From NCBI RefSeq assembly GCF_003790525.1, contig NZ_CP033635.1: DNA of 64,000 nucleotides; one strand, written 5' to 3'. Under the pieces are notes generated by a model, which was not told where the DNA came from, did not search any database, and saw only the letters and a program-made list of their open reading frames with translations. This document shows, piece after piece, positions 1-10,198 of the stretch (the first letter of the stretch is position 1; every line of letters starts with the position of its first letter). Both the position numbers and the translations under genes were made by a program. The stretch comes from Escherichia coli (GTDB lineage Bacteria; Pseudomonadota; Gammaproteobacteria; Enterobacterales; Enterobacteriaceae).

Positions 1-473
1 ATGAAGTGCGTCTGGTGTTAGCACCTGACCATCCACTGGCGGCAAAAACGCGAATTACACCGGAAGATCTCGCCAGCGAGACGCTGTTGATTTATCCGGT
101 GCAGCGTAGCCGACTGGATGTCTGGCGGCATTTTCTTCAGCCAGCAGGCGTCAGCCCGTCACTGAAAAGCGTCGATAACACCTTATTGTTGATTCAGATG
201 GTTGCCGCACGGATGGGTATTGCCGCACTACCGCATTGGGTAGTGGAGAGTTTTGAACGCCAGGGTCTGGTGGTCACCAAAACCCTGGGCGAAGGCTTGT
301 GGAGCCGACTGTACGCCGCCGTGCGCGATGGCGAGCAGCGTCAGCCGATTACAGAAGCGTTTATTCGTTCAGCGCGCAATCACGCCTGCGATCATCTGCC
401 GTTTGTGAAGAGCGCGGAGCGACCCACTTACGATGCACCCACAGTGAGGCCAGGATCACCAGCGCGCCTGTAA
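1..473 (+). CDS. metR: LysR-family regulator MetR, C-terminal part (5' end lies outside the window)
   Basis: ORF 6..473 is in frame to the window edge; translation ends ...[31 protein letters not shown], recognised as the MetR C-terminus; synteny next to yigM. Confidence 0.88.
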   Translation, partial: EVRLVLAPDHPLAAKTRITPEDLASETLLIYPVQRSRLDVWRHFLQPAGVSPSLKSVDNTLLLIQMVAARMGIAALPHWVVESFERQGLVVTKTLGEGLWSRLYAAVRDGEQRQPITEAFIRSARNHACDHLPFVKSAERPTYDAPTVRPGSPARL

Positions 474-1260
474 TAAACGTTGGCCAGTGCGGCTGTTGGT
501 GCCAGATAGCCAGGTTTACCAGCAGCCCTGCCGGAACGTGCATATTATTCATAATGCCCAGCGTTCCGGCGTCCACCTGCGTCGCGCCGTAGTTCCACAT
601 AAAGTAGCCAATCCCGGAAGCCACCACGCCAAGAAACACCAGAATGCCCCATTGCAACGTGGTTTGCGGCATTTTCTGCGCATTTCCTAGCAAGAACCAT
701 GCAATCACTGCCACCAGGAACGCGCCAAGATAGAACCACGCAAAGGCGTTATGCTGCGGCATCGGGCGAGTTTCCATCAGACGTTTGTAACCCACCATGC
801 CGATGGCAAAAGTGATATTGGAGAGTTGCACCAGCAATAAGCCAGTCCAGAAATGGTCGGTGACCTGATCATAGCGAATAATCCCGGCACCAATCACCGC
901 CAGCAAGGCGCTAAAAGCATAGCCCCAGCGCAGACGGCGCTTACTCATGATGTCATAAATCAGCGTGATGTAGAGCGGCGTCAGTACGGTGAACAGCAAC
1001 AGTTCGGAGACCGTCAGGTAGAGATAGGCGCGGAAACTCAGCATATACATCACACCGAGCTGCATCGCGCCCACCAGCATATACAGGCCGACCGTTTTCA
1101 GGCTATTGCCACGGGTACGCAGAAACGGCAGAAAAACGAGTGCCGCCAGGCCAACGCGCACCAGCACCGCAAAATAGCTATCGACGTGCCCCGCAAGGTA
1201 CTCGCCATAAAAGCTAAAGGAGAAGGCCCACAGAATCGTGGTGATGATAAGTAGCGCCAC
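361..1260 (-). CDS. yigM: EamA/DMT-family inner membrane transporter YigM (biotin transporter BioP)
   Basis: 299-aa ORF, multi-helix hydrophobic protein starting [15 protein letters not shown]; convergent 3' overlap with metR. Confidence 0.85.
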   Translation of the reverse strand: MALLIITTILWAFSFSFYGEYLAGHVDSYFAVLVRVGLAALVFLPFLRTRGNSLKTVGLYMLVGAMQLGVMYMLSFRAYLYLTVSELLLFTVLTPLYITLIYDIMSKRRLRWGYAFSALLAVIGAGIIRYDQVTDHFWTGLLLVQLSNITFAIGMVGYKRLMETRPMPQHNAFAWFYLGAFLVAVIAWFLLGNAQKMPQTTLQWGILVFLGVVASGIGYFMWNYGATQVDAGTLGIMNNMHVPAGLLVNLAIWHQQPHWPTFITGALVILASLWVHRKWVAPRSSQTADDRRRDCALNE

Positions 1261-1335
1261 AATGGAAAACTCTTTGATTAACGAGTATCCATTGTAGCGA
1301 AGTATCAGGTTGACAACTGACCAAATAAAGAACGA

Positions 1336-2136
1336 TTACGATAAATAGAGCTTACGCAGATAATGCGGCACTGCGTCCTCGGCGTTAGTACCAATCACTT
1401 CCAGTTCCGGATGCAGATCTTTCAGACGCTGGTGCGCACTGCCCATAATGCAGCCTTTCCCCGCCATCGACAGCATTTCGGCGTCGTTCATGCCATCGCC
1501 AAAGGCAATACAATCTTGCAGGCTGTAGCCCAGTTTCTTCGCCACCGCTTCCAGCGCATGGCCTTTCGACACGCCGCCCGCCATCACTTCCAGACAGGTT
1601 AAGGTAGAGAAACTAACGTTGACGCGATCGCCCCAGCGAGCATTAATCGCCTGCTCCAGCGGCAGCAGTTGTTCATGGGAATCGCAGGTGAAGAACACTT
1701 TGCTGACGCCTTCCGGCTCCAGTAATCCCGGCTCATACAGCGCATATTTGAATACCGCTTCTTTAAAAAAGCGCATCTCTTCCGGGCGATGACGATTCAT
1801 AAACCATTCGTCGTCGCGATAAACGTTAGTAATGATGTCCGGATTGTCGTTGACTACGCCAAACAGATCGCTGGCAATATCGCGATCCAGGTTATGAGCA
1901 AAAATCAGATTGCCATCCAGATCGTGAACGCGCGCGCCATTGGAGGTAATCATGTAAGACTTAATCTCCAGATTATCGCGAATTTGCCCCACATCAACGT
2001 GGTGACGACCGGTCGCAAATACAAAGTTGATGCCGCGCGCGGTGAGCAGCTTCAGAGTTTCTTTGGCGTAAGGGGATAACGTATGGTCGGGAGAAAGTAA
2101 CGTGCCATCTAAATCAGACGCAACAACCTGGTACAT
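1336..2136 (-). CDS. yigL: HAD-family sugar/pyridoxal phosphate phosphatase YigL
   Basis: ORF 1336..2262 trimmed to the internal Met giving MYQVVASDLDGTLL (HAD motif DxDGT), 266 aa; start sits 8 nt after the pldB stop. Confidence 0.85.
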   Translation of the reverse strand: MYQVVASDLDGTLLSPDHTLSPYAKETLKLLTARGINFVFATGRHHVDVGQIRDNLEIKSYMITSNGARVHDLDGNLIFAHNLDRDIASDLFGVVNDNPDIITNVYRDDEWFMNRHRPEEMRFFKEAVFKYALYEPGLLEPEGVSKVFFTCDSHEQLLPLEQAINARWGDRVNVSFSTLTCLEVMAGGVSKGHALEAVAKKLGYSLQDCIAFGDGMNDAEMLSMAGKGCIMGSAHQRLKDLHPELEVIGTNAEDAVPHYLRKLYLS

Positions 2137-2143
2137 AAGAAAT

Positions 2144-3166
2144 TTAAACCTCTGTAGAGCGGTTTCCGCTGGGTGAGTTATGCCTGTTGAAAAAATCAAC
2201 GATAGCGTGGAGCGCGACTGAGCGCATTGCGTCCTTTTCAAAAAGGATCTCATGGTACGCACCTTTAATTACCAACGGCCGTCCTCCTTCGACAGGATGG
2301 CCCGCAGCGGTGCGTAGTTCACAAAAACGGTCGTGCATGCGGTTATCCACCACGCGTTCCTCTTCAGCTTGTAAGAGAAGCGTTGGCGTGGCGTCATCAC
2401 CCGCACCGGCTAACACCTGTTCGCCAGCCAGAATACTTTCGCGTACCCAATGGTAGGTCGGCCCACCGACGCGAATCGTTGGGTCATCAGCATAAAAGCG
2501 TAAGTTACGTCGATATCGCTGTCTGCTGTGGGTCAGTACGTTGATAGCAAACGGCAACGCGCGCCAGCGCCCGGTGCCTATTGCATAGCCATCACGGAAA
2601 CGTGGATGCGCTTCGGCCCAGTTGAGGATCTGCCGTGCCATAAATGACGGCATACGAATCACGATCCCAAACATTGGCGCAGTTAGCGCAATGGCGTCAC
2701 ATACACCTGGATGGCGTTGCAGAAATAATGTGGAGATCGCACCGCCCATTGAATGTGCCAGTATATAGCGTTTACGCCACGGACCGGGCTGAACCTCCTG
2801 CTGCCAGAATGCCGCCAGATCATCAACATAATCATTAAAGCGATTAACATGCCCGAGATGCGGATCGGCTAACAGGCGACCGGAACGTCCCTGCCCGCGA
2901 TGGTCGATGATTAAGACATCAAACCCCAAATGGAACAGGTCATAGGCCAGTTCCGCATATTTTACGTAGCTCTCAATACGCCCCGGGCAGATGACTACCA
3001 CCCGGTCATGGTGCTGTGCGCGAAAACGGACAAAGCGCACCGGAATGTCATCCACACCAGTAAATTCTGCTTCATCACGCTGACGCCAGAAATCAGTCAG
3101 CGGTCCCATGGTAAAAGCAGCAAACGCGTTTTCTCTTGTTTCCCAGTCTTTTTGCTGCTGAAACAT
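2144..3166 (-). CDS. pldB: Lysophospholipase L2
   Basis: 340-aa ORF with alpha/beta-hydrolase motif HSMGG; synteny. Confidence 0.9.
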   Translation of the reverse strand: MFQQQKDWETRENAFAAFTMGPLTDFWRQRDEAEFTGVDDIPVRFVRFRAQHHDRVVVICPGRIESYVKYAELAYDLFHLGFDVLIIDHRGQGRSGRLLADPHLGHVNRFNDYVDDLAAFWQQEVQPGPWRKRYILAHSMGGAISTLFLQRHPGVCDAIALTAPMFGIVIRMPSFMARQILNWAEAHPRFRDGYAIGTGRWRALPFAINVLTHSRQRYRRNLRFYADDPTIRVGGPTYHWVRESILAGEQVLAGAGDDATPTLLLQAEEERVVDNRMHDRFCELRTAAGHPVEGGRPLVIKGAYHEILFEKDAMRSVALHAIVDFFNRHNSPSGNRSTEV

Positions 3167-3276
3167 CGGGTAATCTGCCTCTTAAACCACGTAAAATCGT
3201 TTTTTTAAGCGTGCCTGACACAACGCTGCGACAGTAGCGTATTGTGGCACAAAAATAGACACACCGGGAGTTCATC

Positions 3277-3897
3277 ATGACCTTAGAATGGTGGTTTGCC
3301 TACCTGCTGACATCGATCATTTTAAGCCTGTCGCCAGGCTCTGGCGCAATCAACACCATGACCACCTCGCTCAACCACGGTTATCGCGGCGCGGTGGCGT
3401 CTATTGCTGGGCTTCAGACCGGACTGGCGATTCATATTGTGCTGGTTGGCGTGGGGTTGGGGACGCTATTTTCCCGCTCAGTGATTGCGTTTGAAGTGTT
3501 GAAGTGGGCAGGCGCAGCTTACTTGATTTGGCTGGGAATACAGCAATGGCGCGCCGCTGGTGCAATTGACCTTAAATCGCCAGCCTCTACTCAATCGCGC
3601 CGACATTTGTTCCAGCGCGCAGTTTTTGTGAATCTTACCAATCCCAAAAGTATTGTGTTTCTGGCGGCGCTATTTCCGCAATTCATCATGCCGCAGCAGC
3701 CACAACTGATGCAGTATATCGTGCTCGGCGTCACCACTATTGTGGTCGATATTATTGTGATGATCGGTTACGCCACCCTTGCTCAACGGATTGCTCTATG
3801 GATTAAAGGACCAAAGCAGATGAAGGCGCTGAATAAGATTTTCGGCTCGTTGTTTATGCTGGTGGGAGCGCTGTTAGCATCGGCGAGGCATGCGTGA
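3277..3897 (+). CDS. rhtB: LysE/RhtB-family homoserine/homoserine-lactone exporter
   Basis: 206-aa membrane protein [27 protein letters not shown]; divergent from pldB. Confidence 0.9.
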   Translation: MTLEWWFAYLLTSIILSLSPGSGAINTMTTSLNHGYRGAVASIAGLQTGLAIHIVLVGVGLGTLFSRSVIAFEVLKWAGAAYLIWLGIQQWRAAGAIDLKSPASTQSRRHLFQRAVFVNLTNPKSIVFLAALFPQFIMPQQPQLMQYIVLGVTTIVVDIIVMIGYATLAQRIALWIKGPKQMKALNKIFGSLFMLVGALLASARHA

Positions 3898-3905
3898 AAA
3901 ATAAT

Positions 3906-3935
3906 GTCGGATGCGGCGTAAACGCCTTATCCGAC
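3906..3935. repeat. REP (repetitive extragenic palindrome) between the convergent rhtB and rhtC
   Basis: Palindromic tcggatgcggcgtaaacgccttatccga read directly in the intergenic spacer. Confidence 0.6.
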
Positions 3936-3958
3936 TTACTCTGATGACGCGTCTGGCA

Positions 3959-4579
3959 TCAACGCGAAATAATCAAATGAATGCCAAATCCGGCAAATAA
4001 CGCCCCGGCAAAACCATCAATCCACTTCGCCAGACGTTGATAACCACGGCGCATTTGCGGCAGGGCAAACAGGCTGGCAACGACGGTAAACCACGCCAGT
4101 GTTTCGATAATAATCAACGCGAAAATGCCCCAGCGCTCAGTGGTGCCGACGTTATCGCCGACAAACAGCGAGAATACCGAACCAAAGTAGATAATCGCTT
4201 TCGGATTGGCGAGATTGGTCAGTAAGCCTTTCAGGAAACTGCGCCCGCTTTTTGCCAGCTCAACCTGTGGTGCAGGCGCAGAAACCGCCTCTTTTTTCAG
4301 TGCACCGCGTAGCATCTGGTAACCCATCCAGCAGAGATACAGGCCACCGCCCACCATAATCAGCGTATGCAGCCAGGCCATTTTTTCGATAATCAAATGT
4401 AGGCCAAGCAACGCAATCCCAGCCCAAACCATTACGCCGCAGGTAATGCCCAGCACGCCCATCATCGCTTCTTTACGGGAACGACTGACAGCGGTCTGAG
4501 AGACAAAAAAGAAATCGGGACCGGGGCTCATAAGCGCCACAATGTGCACCATGGCGACGGTGAGGAATAACATCAACAT
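3959..4579 (-). CDS. rhtC: LysE/RhtB-family threonine exporter
   Basis: 206-aa membrane protein MLMLFLTVAMVHIVALMSPGPDFFF; paralogous to rhtB. Confidence 0.9.
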   Translation of the reverse strand: MLMLFLTVAMVHIVALMSPGPDFFFVSQTAVSRSRKEAMMGVLGITCGVMVWAGIALLGLHLIIEKMAWLHTLIMVGGGLYLCWMGYQMLRGALKKEAVSAPAPQVELAKSGRSFLKGLLTNLANPKAIIYFGSVFSLFVGDNVGTTERWGIFALIIIETLAWFTVVASLFALPQMRRGYQRLAKWIDGFAGALFAGFGIHLIISR

Positions 4580-4642
4580 ACATTAGACTCGCGGGGGAAA
4601 CGTTTACGGAGTCTTCATCCTGGCACTTTTTTATGCTGCTGA

Positions 4643-6478
4643 CTACTCTTCGTCGTCACCATCGACATGCGCGCGGATAAGCGCCATAAACGGTTTACCA
4701 AAGCGTTCCAGCTTGCGCATCCCAACGCCGTTAACGCTGAGCATTTCGCTGGCGGTGATCGGCATCTGTTCAGCCATCTCAATCAAGGTTGCGTCGTTAA
4801 ACACCACGTACGGCGGGACATTGCTTTCATCGGCAATCGATTTACGCAGTTTGCGTAATTTGGCGAACAGTTTGCGATCATAGTTGCCGCCGAAGGATTT
4901 CTGCATCGCTTTCGGTTTGAGCGCCACGATACGCGGCACGGCAAGTTGCAAAGAGGATTCGCCGCGCAGCACCGGACGCGCAGCCTCTGTCAGTTGTAGG
5001 GCAGAATGCTGGGCAATATTTTGCGTCACCAGGCCGAGGTGAATCAGCTGGCGGATCACGCTCACCCAATGTTCATGGCTTTTATCACGGCCCATGCCAT
5101 AGACTTTCAGTTTGTCATGACCATAGTCGCGGATACGCTGATTATTAGCACCGCGAATAACTTCCACCACATAGCCCATCCCAAACCGCTGATTCACACG
5201 ACCAATGGTGGAAAGGGCAATCTGAGCATCGGTTGAACCATCGTATTGTTTCGGCGGATCGAGGCAGATATCGCAGTTCCCGCACGGCTCCTGCCGCCCT
5301 TCGCCAAAGTAGTTCAGCAGCACCAGACGACGGCAAGTTTGCGCTTCGGCAAACGCGCCCATCGCATTGAGTTTATGGCGCTCGATATCCTGCAATTGCC
5401 CCTGCGGCTTCTCTTCCAGACAACGGCGTAGCCACGCCATATCGGCCGGATCGTAAAACAGCATCGCTTCCGCGGGCAGGCCATCACGCCCGGCGCGACC
5501 GGTTTCCTGATAATAGGATTCGATATTGCGCGGAATATCAAAGTGGACCACGAAGCGGACGTTAGGCTTGTTGATGCCCATGCCAAACGCCACGGTCGCC
5601 ACCACAATTTGCAGGTCATCGCGCTGAAATTTTTCCTGCACGTCGGCGCGGACATTATTTTCCAGCCCGGCATGATAGGCCGCCGCGCTAATACCCTTGC
5701 TTTGCAGGCGCGCAGCGGTGTCTTCTACTTTCGCCCGGCTGTTGCAGTAGATAATGCCGGACTTACCGCGCTGTTCCTGCACGTAGCGCATCAACTGATC
5801 GAGCGGTTTGAACTTCTCCATCAGCATGTAGCGAATATTCGGACGATCAAAACTGCTGATTTGAATCAGCGGATCGTTCAGCCCCAGCAGGCGCACGATA
5901 TCCTGGCGCGTGGTGTCATCGGCTGTGGCAGTCAGCGCCATAAACGGCAGCGTCGGAAAACGCTGACGCAGCTGACCGAGGGCAGCGTATTCCGGGCGGA
6001 AATCGTGACCCCATTGGGAGATACAGTGCGCTTCATCAACGGCTAATAACACCGGATTCCAGTGCGCCAGATGCTCAAGAAAGTTATCCAGCATCAGGCG
6101 TTCCGGCGCGATATAAAGCAGGCGGATTTGCCCGGTGCGACAGCCTGTCATCACTTCAAGTTGCTGCTCGCGGGTTTGCGTCGAGTTAAGGCACACCGCC
6201 GCCACGCCGTTGGCTTGCAGTTGATCCACCTGATCTTTCATCAACGAAATCAGCGGTGAAACAACCACGGTAAGGCCGTTTAGCAATAAGGCAGGGATTT
6301 GATAGCAAAGGGATTTTCCGCCACCAGTGGGCATGACAACGAGGCAATCGCGGCCGGAAAGCACAGTGTCGATAATTTCTTCCTGGCCGGGGCGAAACTG
6401 TTGGTAGCCAAAGGTTTCTTGTAAAACCTGTTTAGCCCCGGACTCCAGATTCAACACTTCCGCCTGCGCCACATTCAC
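4643..6478 (-). CDS. recQ: ATP-dependent DNA helicase RecQ
   Basis: 611-aa ORF with DEAH box ([15 protein letters not shown]), Zn-binding cysteines and an HRDC-type C-terminus; the true start may be the GTG two codons in (6472). Confidence 0.93.
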   Translation of the reverse strand: MNVAQAEVLNLESGAKQVLQETFGYQQFRPGQEEIIDTVLSGRDCLVVMPTGGGKSLCYQIPALLLNGLTVVVSPLISLMKDQVDQLQANGVAAVCLNSTQTREQQLEVMTGCRTGQIRLLYIAPERLMLDNFLEHLAHWNPVLLAVDEAHCISQWGHDFRPEYAALGQLRQRFPTLPFMALTATADDTTRQDIVRLLGLNDPLIQISSFDRPNIRYMLMEKFKPLDQLMRYVQEQRGKSGIIYCNSRAKVEDTAARLQSKGISAAAYHAGLENNVRADVQEKFQRDDLQIVVATVAFGMGINKPNVRFVVHFDIPRNIESYYQETGRAGRDGLPAEAMLFYDPADMAWLRRCLEEKPQGQLQDIERHKLNAMGAFAEAQTCRRLVLLNYFGEGRQEPCGNCDICLDPPKQYDGSTDAQIALSTIGRVNQRFGMGYVVEVIRGANNQRIRDYGHDKLKVYGMGRDKSHEHWVSVIRQLIHLGLVTQNIAQHSALQLTEAARPVLRGESSLQLAVPRIVALKPKAMQKSFGGNYDRKLFAKLRKLRKSIADESNVPPYVVFNDATLIEMAEQMPITASEMLSVNGVGMRKLERFGKPFMALIRAHVDGDDEE

Positions 6479-6490
6479 CCCGATTGCCTG

Positions 6491-6520
6491 AAATAAAAAC
6501 AGGCGCTATTTTCAGCGCCT
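6491..6520 (-). terminator. Rho-independent terminator downstream of pldA
   Basis: On the minus strand: hairpin aggcgct-gaaaat-agcgcct followed by GTTTTTATTT. Confidence 0.55.
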
Positions 6521-6596
6521 GCGCGAGAAACTGCAATGCTTTTAGTCTCTGAGAGGGTAATCCTGGATGCTGGATTCCAGATTTGCCAACCATTCA

Positions 6597-7466
6597 TCAA
6601 AACAGGTCGTTTAGCATAACTCCCACACCAACGCGGGTCTGGTTGAAGTTATAGTCGATGAGCGATTCGCCATAGCCGCTGTAAACCTGAGTATAAAGGC
6701 GCACATGTTTGGTGATCGGGTAACTTAAGCCTAACTCCGCGCCGCCGTAGCCCGTGTTCCAGTTGTACTGTCCTTTCGCACTCAACACCGCATCACCGAG
6801 GTGATAGCCGATTTTAAGCTGGTAGTAACCCATATATTTGGTGATATCCGGGTTATCGTCAGTATTACCCACCACATACCACGGCTTCACCTCTACCAGC
6901 CAGTTACCGTTTTCTGCCATCAGGCGTGTATAAAGGCGGTTCCAGCTGCGGGAGGTCGGGTCTGAACGCCCGTTAGAGTCGTGGTTATAACCCATCTCCA
7001 CATCGCGCAGCGTCCAACCTGCAAAACGGTAATCGGTGGCAAAACCGAGGAACAATTGCGGTTCGTAGTTGGTTTCACGAAACGGTGAAGACTCTTCGCT
7101 ATTGGACAGTTGCCACCAGGATTTTTGCGTGTAAGACGCACCCAATACCGAGTTCGGGCCTAAAATCCCACGCCACAGCGGAAATGCCAGGCTCAACTGA
7201 AACTTTACTTCATCCTTACGCGCATTTTCCGCCCAGTCGTAACTGGCAATCGCTTCTTTATTCAGATCGCTGGTTTGGGTGTAGATGATGTAGTTGGTGT
7301 CATAAGGATAAAGGGTGAACGGATTGTCATGCTCCTGCAGCATATTGGCGATAATACTGCCACGCACCGCTGGCGCGTCATGCACCTCTTTCACCGTTGC
7401 CTCTTGTGCATATACTGCCATAGGCAACATAAACACCGGCAACAACCAGCCCTGCAGAGTCCGCAT
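6597..7466 (-). CDS. pldA: Outer membrane phospholipase A
   Basis: 289-aa ORF with signal peptide MRTLQGWLLPVFMLPMAVYA and a beta-barrel ending in F. Confidence 0.92.
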   Translation of the reverse strand: MRTLQGWLLPVFMLPMAVYAQEATVKEVHDAPAVRGSIIANMLQEHDNPFTLYPYDTNYIIYTQTSDLNKEAIASYDWAENARKDEVKFQLSLAFPLWRGILGPNSVLGASYTQKSWWQLSNSEESSPFRETNYEPQLFLGFATDYRFAGWTLRDVEMGYNHDSNGRSDPTSRSWNRLYTRLMAENGNWLVEVKPWYVVGNTDDNPDITKYMGYYQLKIGYHLGDAVLSAKGQYNWNTGYGGAELGLSYPITKHVRLYTQVYSGYGESLIDYNFNQTRVGVGVMLNDLF

Positions 7467-7630
7467 CGCTCGTGTTCTCCGTAACGAATTATTGATAAGG
7501 TGAATATTTTTCTGCGGGCTATTTTACATACTTAACTCCATAGCCGTTAGTTATCCCTTCCTAAAGTAGAAATCAACAATAAAGAAGCATAAAATCAACA
7601 TTTCATTAACTAATGAAGTGTAAGGATGAT

Positions 7631-8098
7631 ATGTCTGCCGTACTGACCGCTGAACAAGCCCTGAAATTAGTGGGTGAGATGTTTGTTTATCACATGCCGT
7701 TTAACCGCGCATTGGGGATGGAACTGGAGCGTTACGAAAAAGAGTTCGCACAGCTGGCCTTTAAAAATCAGCCAATGATGGTGGGTAACTGGGCGCAAAG
7801 CATTTTGCACGGCGGGGTCATTGCGTCGGCGCTGGATGTCGCCGCCGGTCTGGTGTGCGTGGGAAGTACCTTAACCCGCCACGAAACCATCAGTGAAGAT
7901 GAACTACGCCAGCGGCTATCGCGGATGGGGACCATTGATCTTCGCGTCGATTATCTGCGCCCAGGCAGAGGCGAGCGTTTTACTGCTACCAGTAGCCTGT
8001 TACGTGCAGGCAATAAAGTCGCCGTCGCCCGCGTTGAATTACACAATGAAGAACAGCTTTATATTGCCAGTGCCACCGCCACCTATATGGTAGGTTGA
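7631..8098 (+). CDS. yigI: 4HBT/PaaI-family acyl-CoA thioesterase YigI
   Basis: ORF 7613..8098 trimmed to [18 protein letters not shown] (155 aa). Confidence 0.8.
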   Translation: MSAVLTAEQALKLVGEMFVYHMPFNRALGMELERYEKEFAQLAFKNQPMMVGNWAQSILHGGVIASALDVAAGLVCVGSTLTRHETISEDELRQRLSRMGTIDLRVDYLRPGRGERFTATSSLLRAGNKVAVARVELHNEEQLYIASATATYMVG

Positions 8099-8149
8099 AG
8101 ACATAAAAGCAGGTAAACTGCTGTTACCAATTAAAAATGAGTATTCCCG

Positions 8150-9040
8150 ATGGATGCAAAACAAACGCGGCAGGGCGTATTACTCGCTCTTGCCGCTTAT
8201 TTTATTTGGGGTATTGCGCCAGCGTACTTCAAGCTGATTTACTACGTGCCCGCCGATGAGATCCTGACGCATCGCGTGATCTGGTCGTTTTTCTTTATGG
8301 TGGTGCTGATGAGCATTTGCCGCCAGTGGTCCTATTTAAAAACGCTGATTCAGACGCCACAGAAAATTTTTATGCTGGCAGTCTCTGCCGTGCTGATTGG
8401 TGGCAACTGGCTACTGTTTATCTGGGCGGTGAACAATCACCATATGCTGGAAGCGAGCCTTGGTTACTTTATTAACCCACTGGTGAACATTGTGCTGGGG
8501 ATGATTTTCCTCGGCGAGCGATTCCGCCGGATGCAATGGCTGGCGGTGATTCTGGCGATATGTGGCGTGTTGGTTCAGTTGTGGACTTTTGGTTCACTGC
8601 CGATTATCGCGCTGGGGCTGGCGTTTAGTTTTGCCTTCTACGGCCTGGTACGCAAGAAGATTGCTGTTGAAGCGCAAACCGGCATGTTAATCGAAACTAT
8701 GTGGTTGCTGCCCGTGGCGGCGATTTACCTGTTTGCTATTGCCGACAGCTCAACCAGCCATATGGGGCAAAACCCGATGTCGCTGAATTTACTGCTGATC
8801 GCCGCCGGTATTGTCACTACCGTACCGCTGTTGTGTTTTACTGCGGCTGCGACACGCCTGCGTCTCTCAACGTTAGGCTTTTTTCAGTACATTGGCCCGA
8901 CGCTGATGTTCCTGCTGGCTGTGACGTTTTATGGTGAAAAACCGGGTGCCGATAAGATGGTAACCTTCGCCTTTATTTGGGTGGCGCTGGCAATTTTTGT
9001 GATGGATGCGATTTATACGCAGCGTAGAACGTCCAAATAA
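8150..9040 (+). CDS. rarD: EamA/DMT-family transporter RarD
   Basis: 296-aa polytopic membrane protein MDAKQTRQGVLLALAAYFIWGIAP. Confidence 0.9.
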   Translation: MDAKQTRQGVLLALAAYFIWGIAPAYFKLIYYVPADEILTHRVIWSFFFMVVLMSICRQWSYLKTLIQTPQKIFMLAVSAVLIGGNWLLFIWAVNNHHMLEASLGYFINPLVNIVLGMIFLGERFRRMQWLAVILAICGVLVQLWTFGSLPIIALGLAFSFAFYGLVRKKIAVEAQTGMLIETMWLLPVAAIYLFAIADSSTSHMGQNPMSLNLLLIAAGIVTTVPLLCFTAAATRLRLSTLGFFQYIGPTLMFLLAVTFYGEKPGADKMVTFAFIWVALAIFVMDAIYTQRRTSK

Positions 9041-9349
9041 AAAATAAATATATTCTGAAAAAATATGCCGACTCTTGCATGAGAGTGGGCATATTGCCAT
9101 GCTGACAGGAGACTCACATAAGGAAAGGCAGAATTTCCAGACGTCGTTGTATATTTTCATTTGCTTTAATAAATTTCATTTTTGGTAAATTCAGCATTAT
9201 GTTATTAGCGATGAGCAAGACCAATCATTAACCAAGTTCTCTTCAGAATGTAATGAAAAATGTGAAGTGCATTTCTTTTTTAAAATTTTTTACCCTATTA
9301 TTTCTTATCAAATTAACATTGCCCTTAATTATAAGAAAGGAGAATATAA

Positions 9350-10198
9350 ATGAACAACATATTAGGCTCATCAATTAATATGCCCTGTACACTTTTCGAA
9401 ACTATTACTTTATTCGATGATTTTTCTGCTGATGATATGCAGTATGGGGATATGGAAGAACAAGATTTTCTCTCACTCGGCTTAAGCGACATCTCTGCAA
9501 AAGTTGATCCTTACCGCCTCATTAAATACCATTTTCCTGGGCCGAATTCTACTTATGGTGCTTTTAGTGTTCCAACTTCTGGAACAAAAATATCACAAAG
9601 TGAATGTATTGATATTTTATTTGCAGAAATGAAAGATCTGGCAAAAATGTTTTCCTTTTTTGGACAATACAAAACACTCATCCAGGATCTGATTGATCAT
9701 TTTAGATATGGAAATGGCAACAGTTTCCATAGCCAGGAATTGAACTTATCTTTTCATGAACGAATAAACAAATATGATTATAATAGCCCAATACGTGTAA
9801 TCAAAGAATGTATCGAAAATGATATTTCTTCAACACCTACGATAGGATACCGGCCTCTTCTCCTACAAAAGATTAAGACCGAATTACTTTCATCAAGACT
9901 AAATAAATTCAATGATTTTAAAGATAATTTTAATGGCATGGGAATCAGCATTCATGATATCTCAGCTCAAAAAATATCTCTTTTAAATTTTCAAAAATAT
10001 CCTATGGGCTGGAGCGCTACCATTCATTTCATAGCACAAGACCACTTTGGTTTGGATGTGACTGATATAAAAAACAAGATTTACAACAAGTATAGATTTT
10101 TTCGCATATGGTTCTTTTTACAACGGCATAAAGACTTTGCTTTCAAACCTTTTTTCACCAATTTTAACACTATCGAAAGAATCGAAAATTATCTATGA
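9350..10198 (+). CDS. Hypothetical soluble protein (282 aa), first gene of the AT-rich cassette
   Basis: Long ORF in a visibly AT-rich region, preceded by Shine-Dalgarno aaggag (9337..9342) about 8 nt before the ATG; no signal peptide or TM segment; codons strongly A/T-biased. Family unknown (tentative recollection: DUF3289-like length and composition). Confidence 0.75.
   Translation: MNNILGSSINMPCTLFETITLFDDFSADDMQYGDMEEQDFLSLGLSDISAKVDPYRLIKYHFPGPNSTYGAFSVPTSGTKISQSECIDILFAEMKDLAKMFSFFGQYKTLIQDLIDHFRYGNGNSFHSQELNLSFHERINKYDYNSPIRVIKECIENDISSTPTIGYRPLLLQKIKTELLSSRLNKFNDFKDNFNGMGISIHDISAQKISLLNFQKYPMGWSATIHFIAQDHFGLDVTDIKNKIYNKYRFFRIWFFLQRHKDFAFKPFFTNFNTIERIENYL

Noticed and set aside
5543-6046. 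167-aa ORF antisense within recQ (similar antisense ORFs occur inside uvrD, aslA, wecC, ilvC, rep and cyaA, e.g. 15709..16371, 28498..29250, 41517..42257, 55037..55960, 51803..52381, 20917..21468)
   Set aside because: They lie entirely inside well-supported genes on the opposite strand, have no RBS context, and have the Arg/His-rich composition typical of out-of-frame reading of GC-rich coding DNA.
8873-9160. 95-aa minus-strand ORF overlapping the rarD 3' end and the cassette leader
   Set aside because: It is antisense to rarD and runs into an AT-rich palindrome; no supporting signals.
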